Virus record (IMG/VR): IMGVR_UViG_3300029319_008653
Coordinates: 29,040-93,039 of that record
Origin: a virus
DNA length: 64,000 nt
Direction: 5' to 3' (one strand)
A model generated the notes under the pieces. The model worked only from the letters and a program-made list of their open reading frames with translations. It did not search any database and was not told where the DNA came from. This document shows positions 10,002 to 18,739 of the stretch, in pieces. The translations under genes and the position numbers were made by a program. The stretch's first letter is position 1, and each line of letters starts with the position of its first letter.

Positions 10002-12239
10002 ATGAGTAGTTTTTTAAAAAAAATCAATGAGTATAAAGCACCTGTAATGGCTCCGAAATCAGAAGATGATAGTGCTGCCATGGCAGGTATGAAGACAGGA
10101 TTTGATAAACCAAAACAAGCTGTTGCTTCAGCAGGTAGAAAAGTTACCGGTGTAATGGGTAGAGTAGCCTCGGGGTTAGGAAAAGTTAAAAAAGCTGCTG
10201 ATATGATTAAAACTGTAGGTACAGGTGAATGGAGTATAGATAATTTATTAGACGGAATGATTAAAAAAGCTAGAGATCAGCAATCAGGAAAAATAACTTT
10301 ATTCGGTCAACCGGGTCACAACTTAGTAATGTTAGGTAAAGGTTATATTGAATCTATAAAATCTATGCAAGGTAAAGAGCCTGATGAAATAGTAGATGAT
10401 ACAGAAGCAGTTGATGTAGAAAAATCTGTAGAAAAAGGTGATGTTGAAACTAAAAAAGAAGGTGATGTAGAGACAAAAAAAGAAGGTGATGTAGAGACTA
10501 AAAAAGAAAGTTTTCTTGATAAAGTTGATAATCTTCTTTTTGAAGTAACAAAAGCTGAAGGTGATAAAATAAGAGCGAAAGCTGAAGAATTAGGTATACC
10601 TATAAAAACTAAATCAGGTAAACCTATAGGACCTGCAAGATTACAAGGTAGAATAGATAGAAAATTAGCAGAATTAAAGGCAGATGAAAAACAAAGAAAA
10701 TTAGATCTTACAGATGATGACAAAGCGGTGAATAAAGCAACTGATGCTAAAGAATCAGAAAAAGAAACTAAAGAAGAAACTAAAGAAGATACTAAAGAAA
10801 AAACCAAAGAAGATGCTAAAGAAGAAACCAAAGAAGATACTAAGAAAAGTACTGGTGATAAAACGTTTAAACCAATTGGTGATACGGTAAGCGCAAAAGC
10901 TAGATTAACACCGTTAGTTGCAGATGTACTAGGTGTTAAAGATGAAGAGTTGGTTAGATATACAAATTATATATCAAAAAATTTCGGTGCAGTATTAACA
11001 GCAATTCAAAAAGCTTATGGACCAGATTCTGAATATGCTAAAAAAGAAGACAGTAAGCCTTTAGATTTTACATTTGAATTGAAGGGATTTGGGAGAATTT
11101 CAGATAAGGAGCAAGAAGATTTAAAGAAAAAACAAGAAACTAAAGAGGTAAAAGAATCAACTATTTTAAAATTAATAGAAGAAAGCGTTGCAACTGATAT
11201 AGCTGATAAAGCTGGAAGAGACGGTGCAGAAAAATTAGTTAAAGGTATGGAAGCTATATACCCAGGTAAACAAATTACTTTTAAAACACCTGAACCGGAT
11301 CCTAAGCCTGAACCTGAACCAGAAGATGAACCTGAAGTTGAACAAGATATTCTAACTACTGCTACTAAATTTTCACTAGTTAACGGAAAGGATTATGGAG
11401 AAGAGAGACAATATACATTAAAGCCTCAAGAAGATAAAGTTGGTGAATATCTTACAGCAAAGGGTATAAAGTTTATTACATATGTACAAAAACCAAAACC
11501 AAGAGCACTTACCGGCGGTAAAGGTGGTCAAATAGGTTCAAATTTTGAATTATCTAAATCCTCTCAAGGTAGATTAATTGCCTATGATGATGAAAATCAA
11601 GTAATATCTCAGTTAAATGTTGATGCTCCATATGAGTGGAATTCAACTGAAAAGGCATATTCATTATCTCGAAATAATACAGTTAAAATAGGACCTGACC
11701 CTGCTAAAGGCGAAATGGGATTTGCTACTGATGCTGAAGAAATATATTTTTCTGACCCCAATAGAAAATATATAACGTTAGTTAAAGATCGAAAACAAGC
11801 GGATGAATCACTAAAAAATGCTAATTACCCCGGCAATAAAATATTACTTGGAGGAGACTTAAGAGCAGAGTTTGATCAAAAACTATTTAAAAAATATGCT
11901 ATAGTTAGAACTGATGAAGAAGGTAATTTTATAGTTAATGTAAGGCAGCCTTTACCTTTAGCTCCTGCTGATGTTTTAGAAATGCAAAAACGTAATAGAG
12001 CTTTAGCTGGTCCAAGTGCTGGTAAAACTGCTACTGGCGGTACAGGAAAAACTGAAACTACTACAACGACTACAACGACGACTACACCAGGAGTTAAAAA
12101 AGATGTTAAGCAAGGTCAAGGTGTTCTAATTGATCCAACTACGGGTAAACCAATAACAGGTGAGAGAGTACCTAAAGATCAGAATGAAGAAGAAAAAGTA
12201 GTAAGTAAATATTTGGAAAAAATAGAAGAATATTTATAA
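10002..12239 (+). CDS. large low-complexity protein, probably virion/internal head
   Basis: 745 aa with K/E/T/P repeats; late-type AATAAATA upstream; repeated [IL]-x-E sites. Confidence 0.55.
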   Translation: MSSFLKKINEYKAPVMAPKSEDDSAAMAGMKTGFDKPKQAVASAGRKVTGVMGRVASGLGKVKKAADMIKTVGTGEWSIDNLLDGMIKKARDQQSGKITLFGQPGHNLVMLGKGYIESIKSMQGKEPDEIVDDTEAVDVEKSVEKGDVETKKEGDVETKKEGDVETKKESFLDKVDNLLFEVTKAEGDKIRAKAEELGIPIKTKSGKPIGPARLQGRIDRKLAELKADEKQRKLDLTDDDKAVNKATDAKESEKETKEETKEDTKEKTKEDAKEETKEDTKKSTGDKTFKPIGDTVSAKARLTPLVADVLGVKDEELVRYTNYISKNFGAVLTAIQKAYGPDSEYAKKEDSKPLDFTFELKGFGRISDKEQEDLKKKQETKEVKESTILKLIEESVATDIADKAGRDGAEKLVKGMEAIYPGKQITFKTPEPDPKPEPEPEDEPEVEQDILTTATKFSLVNGKDYGEERQYTLKPQEDKVGEYLTAKGIKFITYVQKPKPRALTGGKGGQIGSNFELSKSSQGRLIAYDDENQVISQLNVDAPYEWNSTEKAYSLSRNNTVKIGPDPAKGEMGFATDAEEIYFSDPNRKYITLVKDRKQADESLKNANYPGNKILLGGDLRAEFDQKLFKKYAIVRTDEEGNFIVNVRQPLPLAPADVLEMQKRNRALAGPSAGKTATGGTGKTETTTTTTTTTTPGVKKDVKQGQGVLIDPTTGKPITGERVPKDQNEEEKVVSKYLEKIEEYL
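10432..10508 (+). repeat. 24-bp tandem coding repeat x3 (KKEGDVET)
   Basis: aaaaaagaaggtgatgtagagact-type units. Confidence 0.85.
10760..10843 (+). repeat. 12-bp degenerate coding repeat, about 7 copies (KEET/KEDT)
   Basis: aaagaagaaact / aaagaagatact units. Confidence 0.8.
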
Positions 12240-12326
12240 ACAAGCCTCCTCTTTCTTTCTTCTTATCTAAAGATATTTTAACAAACAGTTTTTAAAAGGC
12301 AACTAACTTTTTTTATTTTTTTATAG

Positions 12327-12354
12327 TTGAATATAGTTAAGTATATATTATAAT
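12327..12354 (+). promoter_or_regulatory. sigma70-like promoter
   Basis: TTGAAT-N16-TATAAT-N6-ATG. Confidence 0.65.
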
Positions 12355-12360
12355 ATTGGT

Positions 12361-13068
12361 ATGAGTTATTTTAAATCAACAAAAATTATTCCTATGGGGT
12401 CTACTGCGTTTCGTCAATGGAGAGCTGGTAGTCATTGTAAATTTATTCATGGTTATCGCTTACAGACTAAGCTTTGGTTTGGTTTAAATAAAGGCGCTAC
12501 GCTTGATGATAAAAATTGGGTCTTTGATTTCGGTGGTTGTAAAGAGATCAAAAAGCTTTTAGAAGATCAATTTGATCATACGTTTTGTGCAGCAGCTGAT
12601 GATCCTGAATTAGAAACTTTTCAACAACTAGATGCTTCCGGTCTAATTCAATTAAGAGTTATGGATGGTGTTGGTATTGAGAAGACTGCTGAATGGGTAT
12701 ATCAAGCTGTTAGTAAGTATGTTAAAGAATCTACTAATGGTAGAGTTAAGATTGATAAGGTAGAAGTTTGGGAACATGAAGGCAATAGTGCTATCTATGA
12801 TACTCGACTTAATACTTTAAATAATACAGATTCTAGTTATGTAGATCATAGAATCTTTAATAAAGATAAGGCACATGAAAAGGCTTTAGAAGAGGATAAG
12901 CGAAGAGAATGCTTATGCAAAGAAGAGTCAGTTGAAGAAAAACCACCAGTGGAAGTAAAGCAAAGCAATCCTACTCCACAAGGACCGGTACCTGCACCTT
13001 CAACATCACAAAATGTTACTAAAGGTGGAATGAGTAACCCATTTGCAGGTACATCATGGGGTGATTAA
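12361..13068 (+). CDS. queD: 6-carboxy-5,6,7,8-tetrahydropterin synthase with C-terminal extension
   Basis: HCKFIHGY, VFDFG, FDHT, E-x-TA, VWEHEGN. Confidence 0.88.
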   Translation: MSYFKSTKIIPMGSTAFRQWRAGSHCKFIHGYRLQTKLWFGLNKGATLDDKNWVFDFGGCKEIKKLLEDQFDHTFCAAADDPELETFQQLDASGLIQLRVMDGVGIEKTAEWVYQAVSKYVKESTNGRVKIDKVEVWEHEGNSAIYDTRLNTLNNTDSSYVDHRIFNKDKAHEKALEEDKRRECLCKEESVEEKPPVEVKQSNPTPQGPVPAPSTSQNVTKGGMSNPFAGTSWGD

Positions 13069-13277
13069 TGAACGGTATACCTAGAGAAAGAGACCCTAAT
13101 CTCGTAAAACTTGAAAACGATGTCTTTGGTAAAATGACACAAAAATTACGAGAGTCTCTTCCTCCGGAAGTTCAGGATCAACCTAAAAAATCAGATACTA
13201 CTCATGTAAGTTTTGAAGATGCCTTACGTGAACTATCATCACTCGATAGTCTCAAGCCTACTGACGATAAATCTTAG
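13068..13277 (+). CDS. hypothetical protein
   Basis: 69-aa ORF coupled to queD (TAATG). Confidence 0.55.
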   Translation: MNGIPRERDPNLVKLENDVFGKMTQKLRESLPPEVQDQPKKSDTTHVSFEDALRELSSLDSLKPTDDKS

Positions 13278-13997
13278 AATTTTACTCCTAACAATATCAG
13301 TTTTATCAAACTTATACACGTTAATACCCTCGTCGGAACATTCTAATGAGCTAAAAGCATTAAGTATTTTACCGTAACCGCTTTTACCGTTAATATCTGA
13401 TTGTAAAGTATCACCTACTATAATATATTTTGAGTTATGACCGAACCTAGTCATTATAGTAGTTAGTTCGCTTAATGTAAGATTTTGTGCCTCATCAATT
13501 ATAACACAAGAGTTCCTAAAAGTTAATCCTCTTGTAAAATTAACAGGAACACATTTTACATAACCTTTAGCAAATAGATTATTTGATACACCGGGTGGTA
13601 ATAATTCATCTAATTTATCAATTAACGGCATAGACCACGGGGCAAATTTTGCTTCCACTTCACCAGGTAAGGAACCTAACTGTCTAGAAGCGCTTTCTAC
13701 TATAGATCTAATGTAAACTATTTCTTCAATAGCTTGTGTTTTTAATAAGTTTAGTGCAGCTAGCACTGCGATATACGTTTTAGCTGTACCTGCGGGCCCG
13801 TCTACTACACACATATGTGTGTCATTATTAGCTTCTGCATCCTCAAGGAATTTAAGTTGTTGACCGGTGAGTTTATAATGATGATTAATCTTAAAATCCA
13901 GATCCCAATCACGTGAAGATCTGGTATTATGCATTTGCTTTACGGCTTGTCTTTTTACTATTTTTGTACCTTTTACGGCACTAGATTTCTTTGCCAT
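13239..13997 (-). CDS. phoH: PhoH-family ATPase
   Basis: GPAGTAKT, RGLTF, IIDEAQN, GDTLQSD, DIVRS. ATG 13997 follows TATAAATA at 14005-14012. Confidence 0.92.
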   Translation of the reverse strand: MAKKSSAVKGTKIVKRQAVKQMHNTRSSRDWDLDFKINHHYKLTGQQLKFLEDAEANNDTHMCVVDGPAGTAKTYIAVLAALNLLKTQAIEEIVYIRSIVESASRQLGSLPGEVEAKFAPWSMPLIDKLDELLPPGVSNNLFAKGYVKCVPVNFTRGLTFRNSCVIIDEAQNLTLSELTTIMTRFGHNSKYIIVGDTLQSDINGKSGYGKILNAFSSLECSDEGINVYKFDKTDIVRSKILRFIVSRLETIE

Positions 13998-14073
13998 ATA
14001 CACATATTTATACTATAATATAGGGGTATTTCGTAGTAAAAAAATGAGTCATAAATTAATAAATAAAGTAATC

Positions 14074-14101
14074 TTGATTACTAGAGGAACTATTATATAA
14101 T
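14074..14101 (+). promoter_or_regulatory. sigma70-like promoter with GGAACT box
   Basis: TTGATT-N16-TATAAT-N6-ATG; GGAACT at 14086-14091. Confidence 0.65.
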
Positions 14102-14107
14102 AAAATT

Positions 14108-14851
14108 ATGGGATTAGATACGTTAAGTTTAAGTGATGATAAAGTGTTTTATACTCTAGAAGGAGAAGGTCTGCATATTGGTCAACCTTCTGTTTTTATG
14201 AGATTAGCAATGTGTAATTTAACCTGTAAAGGTTTTGCATCTGAAGATTCTCCGCATGGTTGCGATTCATTCGTATCATGGTCAGTAAAGAATAAATTTA
14301 CTTATGAAGATTTAAATTGGTACTTCGAAGATAATGGATTCGATGAAGAATTAAAGAAAGGTGCTATATTAAAAATAACTGGCGGTGAACCTATGCTGCA
14401 ACAACGTAGACTATTAGAATGGTTACCTACTTTTGAAGAATGGTTTAAGTTTAAGCCTCGTATAGATTTTGAAAGTAATTCAAGTATTATGCCTAAAGAA
14501 GAATGGATTACTGATTGGAATGCTACTTTTACTCTATCTCCTAAGATGAGTAATAATGGAGATCCTGAAGCTCGTAGATATAAGCCCGAAGTATTAAAAT
14601 GGCATAATAGTCATAAAGAAAGTTGTTTTAAGTTTGTTATTAATGAACCTAGTGATCTAATAGAACTAACGCAAAAATATATTGACCCGGGTTATGTTGA
14701 TAGAGATAAAATTTGGTTAATGCCTTGTTGTGGTTCAAGAGAAGAACATACAGAAAAATCTGCTATGGTAGCTGATTTGTGTAAAAGATATCATTTTAAA
14801 TTTAGTCCTAGATTGCAGTTAGTTATTTGGGACATGGCACTAAAAGTATAA
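14108..14851 (+). CDS. queE: 7-carboxy-7-deazaguanine synthase (radical SAM)
   Basis: FYTLEGEG, CNLTC-x11-CDS, ITGGEP, SPK, PRLQ. Confidence 0.9.
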   Translation: MGLDTLSLSDDKVFYTLEGEGLHIGQPSVFMRLAMCNLTCKGFASEDSPHGCDSFVSWSVKNKFTYEDLNWYFEDNGFDEELKKGAILKITGGEPMLQQRRLLEWLPTFEEWFKFKPRIDFESNSSIMPKEEWITDWNATFTLSPKMSNNGDPEARRYKPEVLKWHNSHKESCFKFVINEPSDLIELTQKYIDPGYVDRDKIWLMPCCGSREEHTEKSAMVADLCKRYHFKFSPRLQLVIWDMALKV

Positions 14852-14852
14852 A

Positions 14853-15200
14853 ATGAGGTATCTAGCTAATCACCAGTTAATTGAATTATATGATTGCGAT
14901 CAAGATCTGCTAGAAAATGATACGTACGTAAAAAAAACATTTAAAGAAGCGGCTAAATTAGCTAATGCTACTGTTGTAAGCGAAAAGTTTCATAACTTTA
15001 GCCCTTATGGTTTAACGGGTGTTTTAGTAATTACTGAAAGCCATATTAGTATACATACATGGCCAGAGCATAAATATGTTGCAGTAGATGTATTTAGTTG
15101 CGACGATAAAGTAGATCATAAAAAGATATTAAATCATTTAAAAGTAAATTTATTTAGCACTAGAACAAAATCCAAATCAGTAAAAAGAGGAAAAGTATGA
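14853..15200 (+). CDS. speD: S-adenosylmethionine decarboxylase proenzyme
   Basis: FSPYGLTG, ESHISIHTWPE, DVFSC. Confidence 0.92.
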   Translation: MRYLANHQLIELYDCDQDLLENDTYVKKTFKEAAKLANATVVSEKFHNFSPYGLTGVLVITESHISIHTWPEHKYVAVDVFSCDDKVDHKKILNHLKVNLFSTRTKSKSVKRGKV

Positions 15201-15577
15201 CAGAAGAAGAATTTAATAAAGATGAATTATGGGGCATGTCTTTGTCACTAGATCTTTATGATTGTAATCCCGATACAATTAGGGATGCAGATAAAATTAA
15301 AGAGTATGTAAAAGAGCTTTGTGATAATGTTATTGATATGAAAAGATATGGAGAGTGTCAAGTAGTTCACTTTGGTGATGATCCGAAAGTTACAGGATTT
15401 TCTATGACTCAACTAATTGAAACTTCTTTAGTATCAGGCCATTTTGCTAATAATACTAATGCTGCATATCTTGATATTTTTTCATGCAAATGGTATGATG
15501 TACGTAAAGTAAAACAATTTAGCAAAAGATTTTTTGAAGCAGATGTATGTATAACAAACGTAAGCGAACGTCAATGA
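15197..15577 (+). CDS. second pyruvoyl decarboxylase of the SpeD fold (substrate uncertain)
   Basis: DLYDC, GFSMTQLIETSLVSGHF, DIFSCK. Confidence 0.8.
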   Translation: MTEEEFNKDELWGMSLSLDLYDCNPDTIRDADKIKEYVKELCDNVIDMKRYGECQVVHFGDDPKVTGFSMTQLIETSLVSGHFANNTNAAYLDIFSCKWYDVRKVKQFSKRFFEADVCITNVSERQ

Positions 15578-16389
15578 TAGATGATAGTTGGGATAAAAAG
15601 AATGGTAGTTCTATCCATATAGAAGGAAATTTAATAGAACTATTTAACTCTAAATATCAACGCATAGAAGTTTATAATACTAAACGTTTTGGTAAACTAT
15701 TAAAGCTTGATGGAGTAATTCAATTAACTGAATTTGATGAAGCTAACTATCATGAGATGATAGCGCATGTACCTTTAAACATTCATAATACCCCTGATAA
15801 TGTATTAGTTATAGGTGGTGGCGACGGAGGAGCTATACGTGAGATTCTTAAGCATAAACATGTTAAAACTATTGATCTCGTTGAAATAGATAACTTTGTA
15901 ATAGATATATCAAAAAAGCATTTTCCGTACGTATCACAAGGATTAGATGATAGTAAAGTTACTATTATAAATGAAGATGGTGCAGAATATATTAAGAAAT
16001 GTAAAGATTTATATGATGTAATTATTATAGATTCTACTGATCCATTTAGTGTAGGAGAATCTTTATTTAAAGAAGAGTTTTATAAAAATCTTAAAGTTGC
16101 ATTAAAACCTAAGGGTATTGTAGTATCGCAATCTGAAAGTATGTTCTACAATAAGGATCTTATTAAGGATATGTACCTATTTAAACGTAAACATTTTAAT
16201 GCTGTGAGATATTATTATACTTTAGTACCTACATATCCTTCCGGTACTATAGGGTTTCATTTTTGTTCTGATGGTAATTATTTACCTATAGATATAAATG
16301 ATGATTTTAATAGAATCCCAGATCTAAAATATTACAACGAAATGATACATAAGAGTAGTTTTTTAACACCTAACGGGGTAAATACTTAA
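15574..16389 (+). CDS. speE: spermidine synthase / aminopropyltransferase
   Basis: LDGVIQ, YHEMIAH, GGGDGG, VEID, DSTDP, PTYPSG; ATGA overlap start. Confidence 0.92.
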   Translation: MIDDSWDKKNGSSIHIEGNLIELFNSKYQRIEVYNTKRFGKLLKLDGVIQLTEFDEANYHEMIAHVPLNIHNTPDNVLVIGGGDGGAIREILKHKHVKTIDLVEIDNFVIDISKKHFPYVSQGLDDSKVTIINEDGAEYIKKCKDLYDVIIIDSTDPFSVGESLFKEEFYKNLKVALKPKGIVVSQSESMFYNKDLIKDMYLFKRKHFNAVRYYYTLVPTYPSGTIGFHFCSDGNYLPIDINDDFNRIPDLKYYNEMIHKSSFLTPNGVNT

Positions 16390-17046
16390 ATGTCACAATT
16401 AATTACTAATCTACCAAATAATAAAGTTTGGGTACGAAAAGAGTTTCTTAGAGACGGTAAAGACGGTCACGGTGAGTTTGTTGAAGGTCACTGGGTTACT
16501 GCTAAAAGTATAGTTGGCAGAGCGTTTTACTTTGAAACTTATCTGCCTGAATATGGCGCATTATATGATAAGCTTCCTATAAATGCATTTGTTTCATCAC
16601 CAGAAATGCCTGATAAGGATTACCCTTTACATGACTTACAATTTTGGAATTGTATGGATTATGGTGTAACTTGTGTATATAAACATTTTATAGGTAGTAT
16701 GGATTTTGAAGTTTTTACTCGTTCACATGATATTGTTAAAGGTACATATCTCTTTACTTTAGATAACTATCATGCATCTGCTGATGAAGTTGATTATAGC
16801 TGTTCTGAAGTACCAGCTGAGCACAAATCTTTTAACTGCTTAGAGCTAGAAAACGGTCAATACGCTTTATATCCCAATAATAGAATGAGAGTATATGATA
16901 ACTCTCTAACACCGAAAGACCCTAAGATGCCTGATTTCTTAGTTAGTACTGACTATTATCAAGTAGAGAGTGGCTATACCTATAGATTAGGTGATACTGA
17001 TGAGTATTTTTGGAAAACAAAGGACGATTCTAAGTCTAAAAAATAA
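16390..17046 (+). CDS. conserved phage hypothetical protein
   Basis: 218-aa ORF abutting speE; LQFWNC, YLFTLD, PNNR pattern seen in marine T4-like phages. Confidence 0.65.
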   Translation: MSQLITNLPNNKVWVRKEFLRDGKDGHGEFVEGHWVTAKSIVGRAFYFETYLPEYGALYDKLPINAFVSSPEMPDKDYPLHDLQFWNCMDYGVTCVYKHFIGSMDFEVFTRSHDIVKGTYLFTLDNYHASADEVDYSCSEVPAEHKSFNCLELENGQYALYPNNRMRVYDNSLTPKDPKMPDFLVSTDYYQVESGYTYRLGDTDEYFWKTKDDSKSKK

Positions 17047-17076
17047 AAAAAAGCCGTTATTAATAACGGCTTTTTT
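17047..17076. terminator. bidirectional intrinsic terminator
   Basis: Perfect 30-bp palindrome AAAAAAGCCGTTATTAATAACGGCTTTTTT between convergent genes. Confidence 0.88.
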
Positions 17077-17097
17077 AATGTTTGGTAGTCTTAAATT

Positions 17098-17787
17098 TTA
17101 TACATAACCTGGTCTGTGCAAGTTACCTCTTAATTCTTGAGGTACTGCATCATATCCCCAACCATACAGTCCAGTAAGTAGTCCTGTATTTGTTTGTTGG
17201 CTATAAGGAATATTTTCACCTGGCTCACCAAAATTACCAGCTGAGTGGAAGGTAAAGAATGTTGACCTTCTGGTTAAGTTATTATAAATTGCAAATGTAA
17301 CGCTAGCTGATTGAGCTTCTGTCATTGAATCATTTATTGAAAATCCTTCAGCGATATCAAAACCAACTATTAGACCTCCATTATCAGCAGGTACTGTACC
17401 TACTAGAGATGCAAACTCCGGACCTGGATATTCTTCAGGTGGAATATGTGCTGATACTGATTGTAAAGTAGTACCGCCGGCTGTACCAGTTTGAGTAATA
17501 ATAGGCACTGCTTCACCAAATCCATATCCTTTATATTCTGGAGTAAAGTTTTCTACCTTAGAACCATTATATTGATCTAATACGTTATTACCTGTAGCAG
17601 GAATTAAAAGCGTATAAATAGCAGTTTGTTGATTAGTAGTCGGATCAGTATAAAATGCAGATGCTGGAGCTGTAAAATTACCTTCCTGACCTGTATAAAT
17701 TGATGTATCGACAGCACCGCCATCAAGGAAGGTACTTGCTTGTCCTCCAGATATGGCCATTGATAAAAAGTATGGTGTTATTGGCAT
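17098..17787 (-). CDS. hypothetical, likely structural protein
   Basis: G/T/A/S-rich 229 aa; late-type AATAAATA 5 nt upstream. Confidence 0.6.
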   Translation of the reverse strand: MPITPYFLSMAISGGQASTFLDGGAVDTSIYTGQEGNFTAPASAFYTDPTTNQQTAIYTLLIPATGNNVLDQYNGSKVENFTPEYKGYGFGEAVPIITQTGTAGGTTLQSVSAHIPPEEYPGPEFASLVGTVPADNGGLIVGFDIAEGFSINDSMTEAQSASVTFAIYNNLTRRSTFFTFHSAGNFGEPGENIPYSQQTNTGLLTGLYGWGYDAVPQELRGNLHRPGYV

Positions 17788-17791
17788 AATA

Positions 17792-18037
17792 TTATTTATT
17801 CTCCTCTTTCTGTCTTTTTAAGAATTCCATTGTAATTAATCTGGTACTCCAGGTAGGGTGCTCTTCTGCAATCTGCGCTCTAATAGCTGCTTCCGATGAA
17901 TTAGAACTTGTAAATAAAGAAGTTAGTTGTTTAACTAATTTAGATTTAGTTAATCTTCTATCTAGTTCTACACCTTTTGTACGACCTAGAGCCTCCAGTT
18001 CTTCTTTCGATAGTTTTTTTAAATCCTCTGCTGTCAT
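17792..18037 (-). CDS. small helix-extension-helix (Rho-N/LEM-like) protein
   Basis: LKKLSKEELEALGRTKGVELDRRLTKSKLV; start 18037 follows AATAAATA at 18043-18050. Confidence 0.6.
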   Translation of the reverse strand: MTAEDLKKLSKEELEALGRTKGVELDRRLTKSKLVKQLTSLFTSSNSSEAAIRAQIAEEHPTWSTRLITMEFLKRQKEENK

Positions 18038-18086
18038 ATTATTATTTATTGTTGCAACGTATATTTTAATTGATAAGTAATAATCT

Positions 18087-18287
18087 ATGACAACATTAAT
18101 TACATTAGCAATATTCGTGGCAGGTTTTATCGTTGGTGCACTAGTTACTAGAAAAAATCTTAAAGAGGTTAATGCTGTAGTAGCTGAAGCAAAAGAATTT
18201 GCGGCAAAGGTCGATGCTAAGCTCGACGATTTGCAGGCTCCAAAAAAGCCAGCCACGCGTGGACGTAAACCAAAGTCTACGAAATAA
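18087..18287 (+). CDS. small single-TM membrane protein
   Basis: N-terminal hydrophobic helix, helical middle, basic tail. Confidence 0.65.
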   Translation: MTTLITLAIFVAGFIVGALVTRKNLKEVNAVVAEAKEFAAKVDAKLDDLQAPKKPATRGRKPKSTK

Positions 18288-18315
18288 TTAAAAACTTATC
18301 TAAGATAAATTATTA

Positions 18316-18338
18316 CCCCCGCTATGCGGGGTTTTTTA
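18316..18338. terminator. intrinsic terminator
   Basis: CCCCGC-tat-GCGGGG followed by a T-run, between convergent units. Confidence 0.8.
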
Positions 18339-18413
18339 TTGATCATAATGTCTGAGTACAGCTGTACCTATAACCATTAAAGATAATAGTATAAAAAAAG
18401 CATCTATAGTCAT
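18336..18413 (-). CDS. 25-aa membrane peptide (not in ORF track)
   Basis: MTIDAFFILLSLMVIGTAVLRHYDQ; its ATG overlaps the TGA of the 18410 frame (ATGA). Confidence 0.45.
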   Translation of the reverse strand: MTIDAFFILLSLMVIGTAVLRHYDQ

Positions 18414-18739
18414 TTTTTATTTCCCACCCGGGGTAAAGTAGAATCCGACGATAGCTCCCAAAGTGGCGATCGAGACAAGAGAAATGTGTCCCGTTGTGAT
18501 AGTCGTTGTGATATCACTCCCCGAGGGGAATTTAACAAGTCCCCAAAGGAAGGTGAAGGCTTCTTTTGATTCTGGAGGGGTGAATGTGACCAATTCGACT
18601 CCGGGGAAGAGGGTGCAGAGAATTGAAATGGCCGCGAAGTTTGACATCCCGATAAGAGCAATAAGCCTACGAGTATGACGGGTAAACATACCATGGTCTG
18701 CATTTGCATCACCAAAAACTGCTTTTTGAAAGTCAACAT
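18410..18739 (-). CDS. overprinted Ser/Pro-rich lipoprotein (Rz1/o-spanin-like candidate)
   Basis: +1 frame inside 18417..18896; hydrophobic stretch plus lipobox LLLLSG-C; codon bias switches at the Cys. Confidence 0.55.
   Translation of the reverse strand: MLTFKKQFLVMQMQTMVCLPVILVGLLLLSGCQTSRPFQFSAPSSPESNWSHSPLQNQKKPSPSFGDLLNSPRGVISQRLSQRDTFLLSRSPLWELSSDSTLPRVGNKK

Noticed and set aside
10343-10831. 162-aa minus-strand ORF
   Set aside because: It is the antisense shadow of the K/E-rich repeats of the 745-aa gene.
18038-18256. Long N-terminus of ORF 17792..18256
   Set aside because: It is antisense to 18087..18287; promoter position supports a start at 18037.
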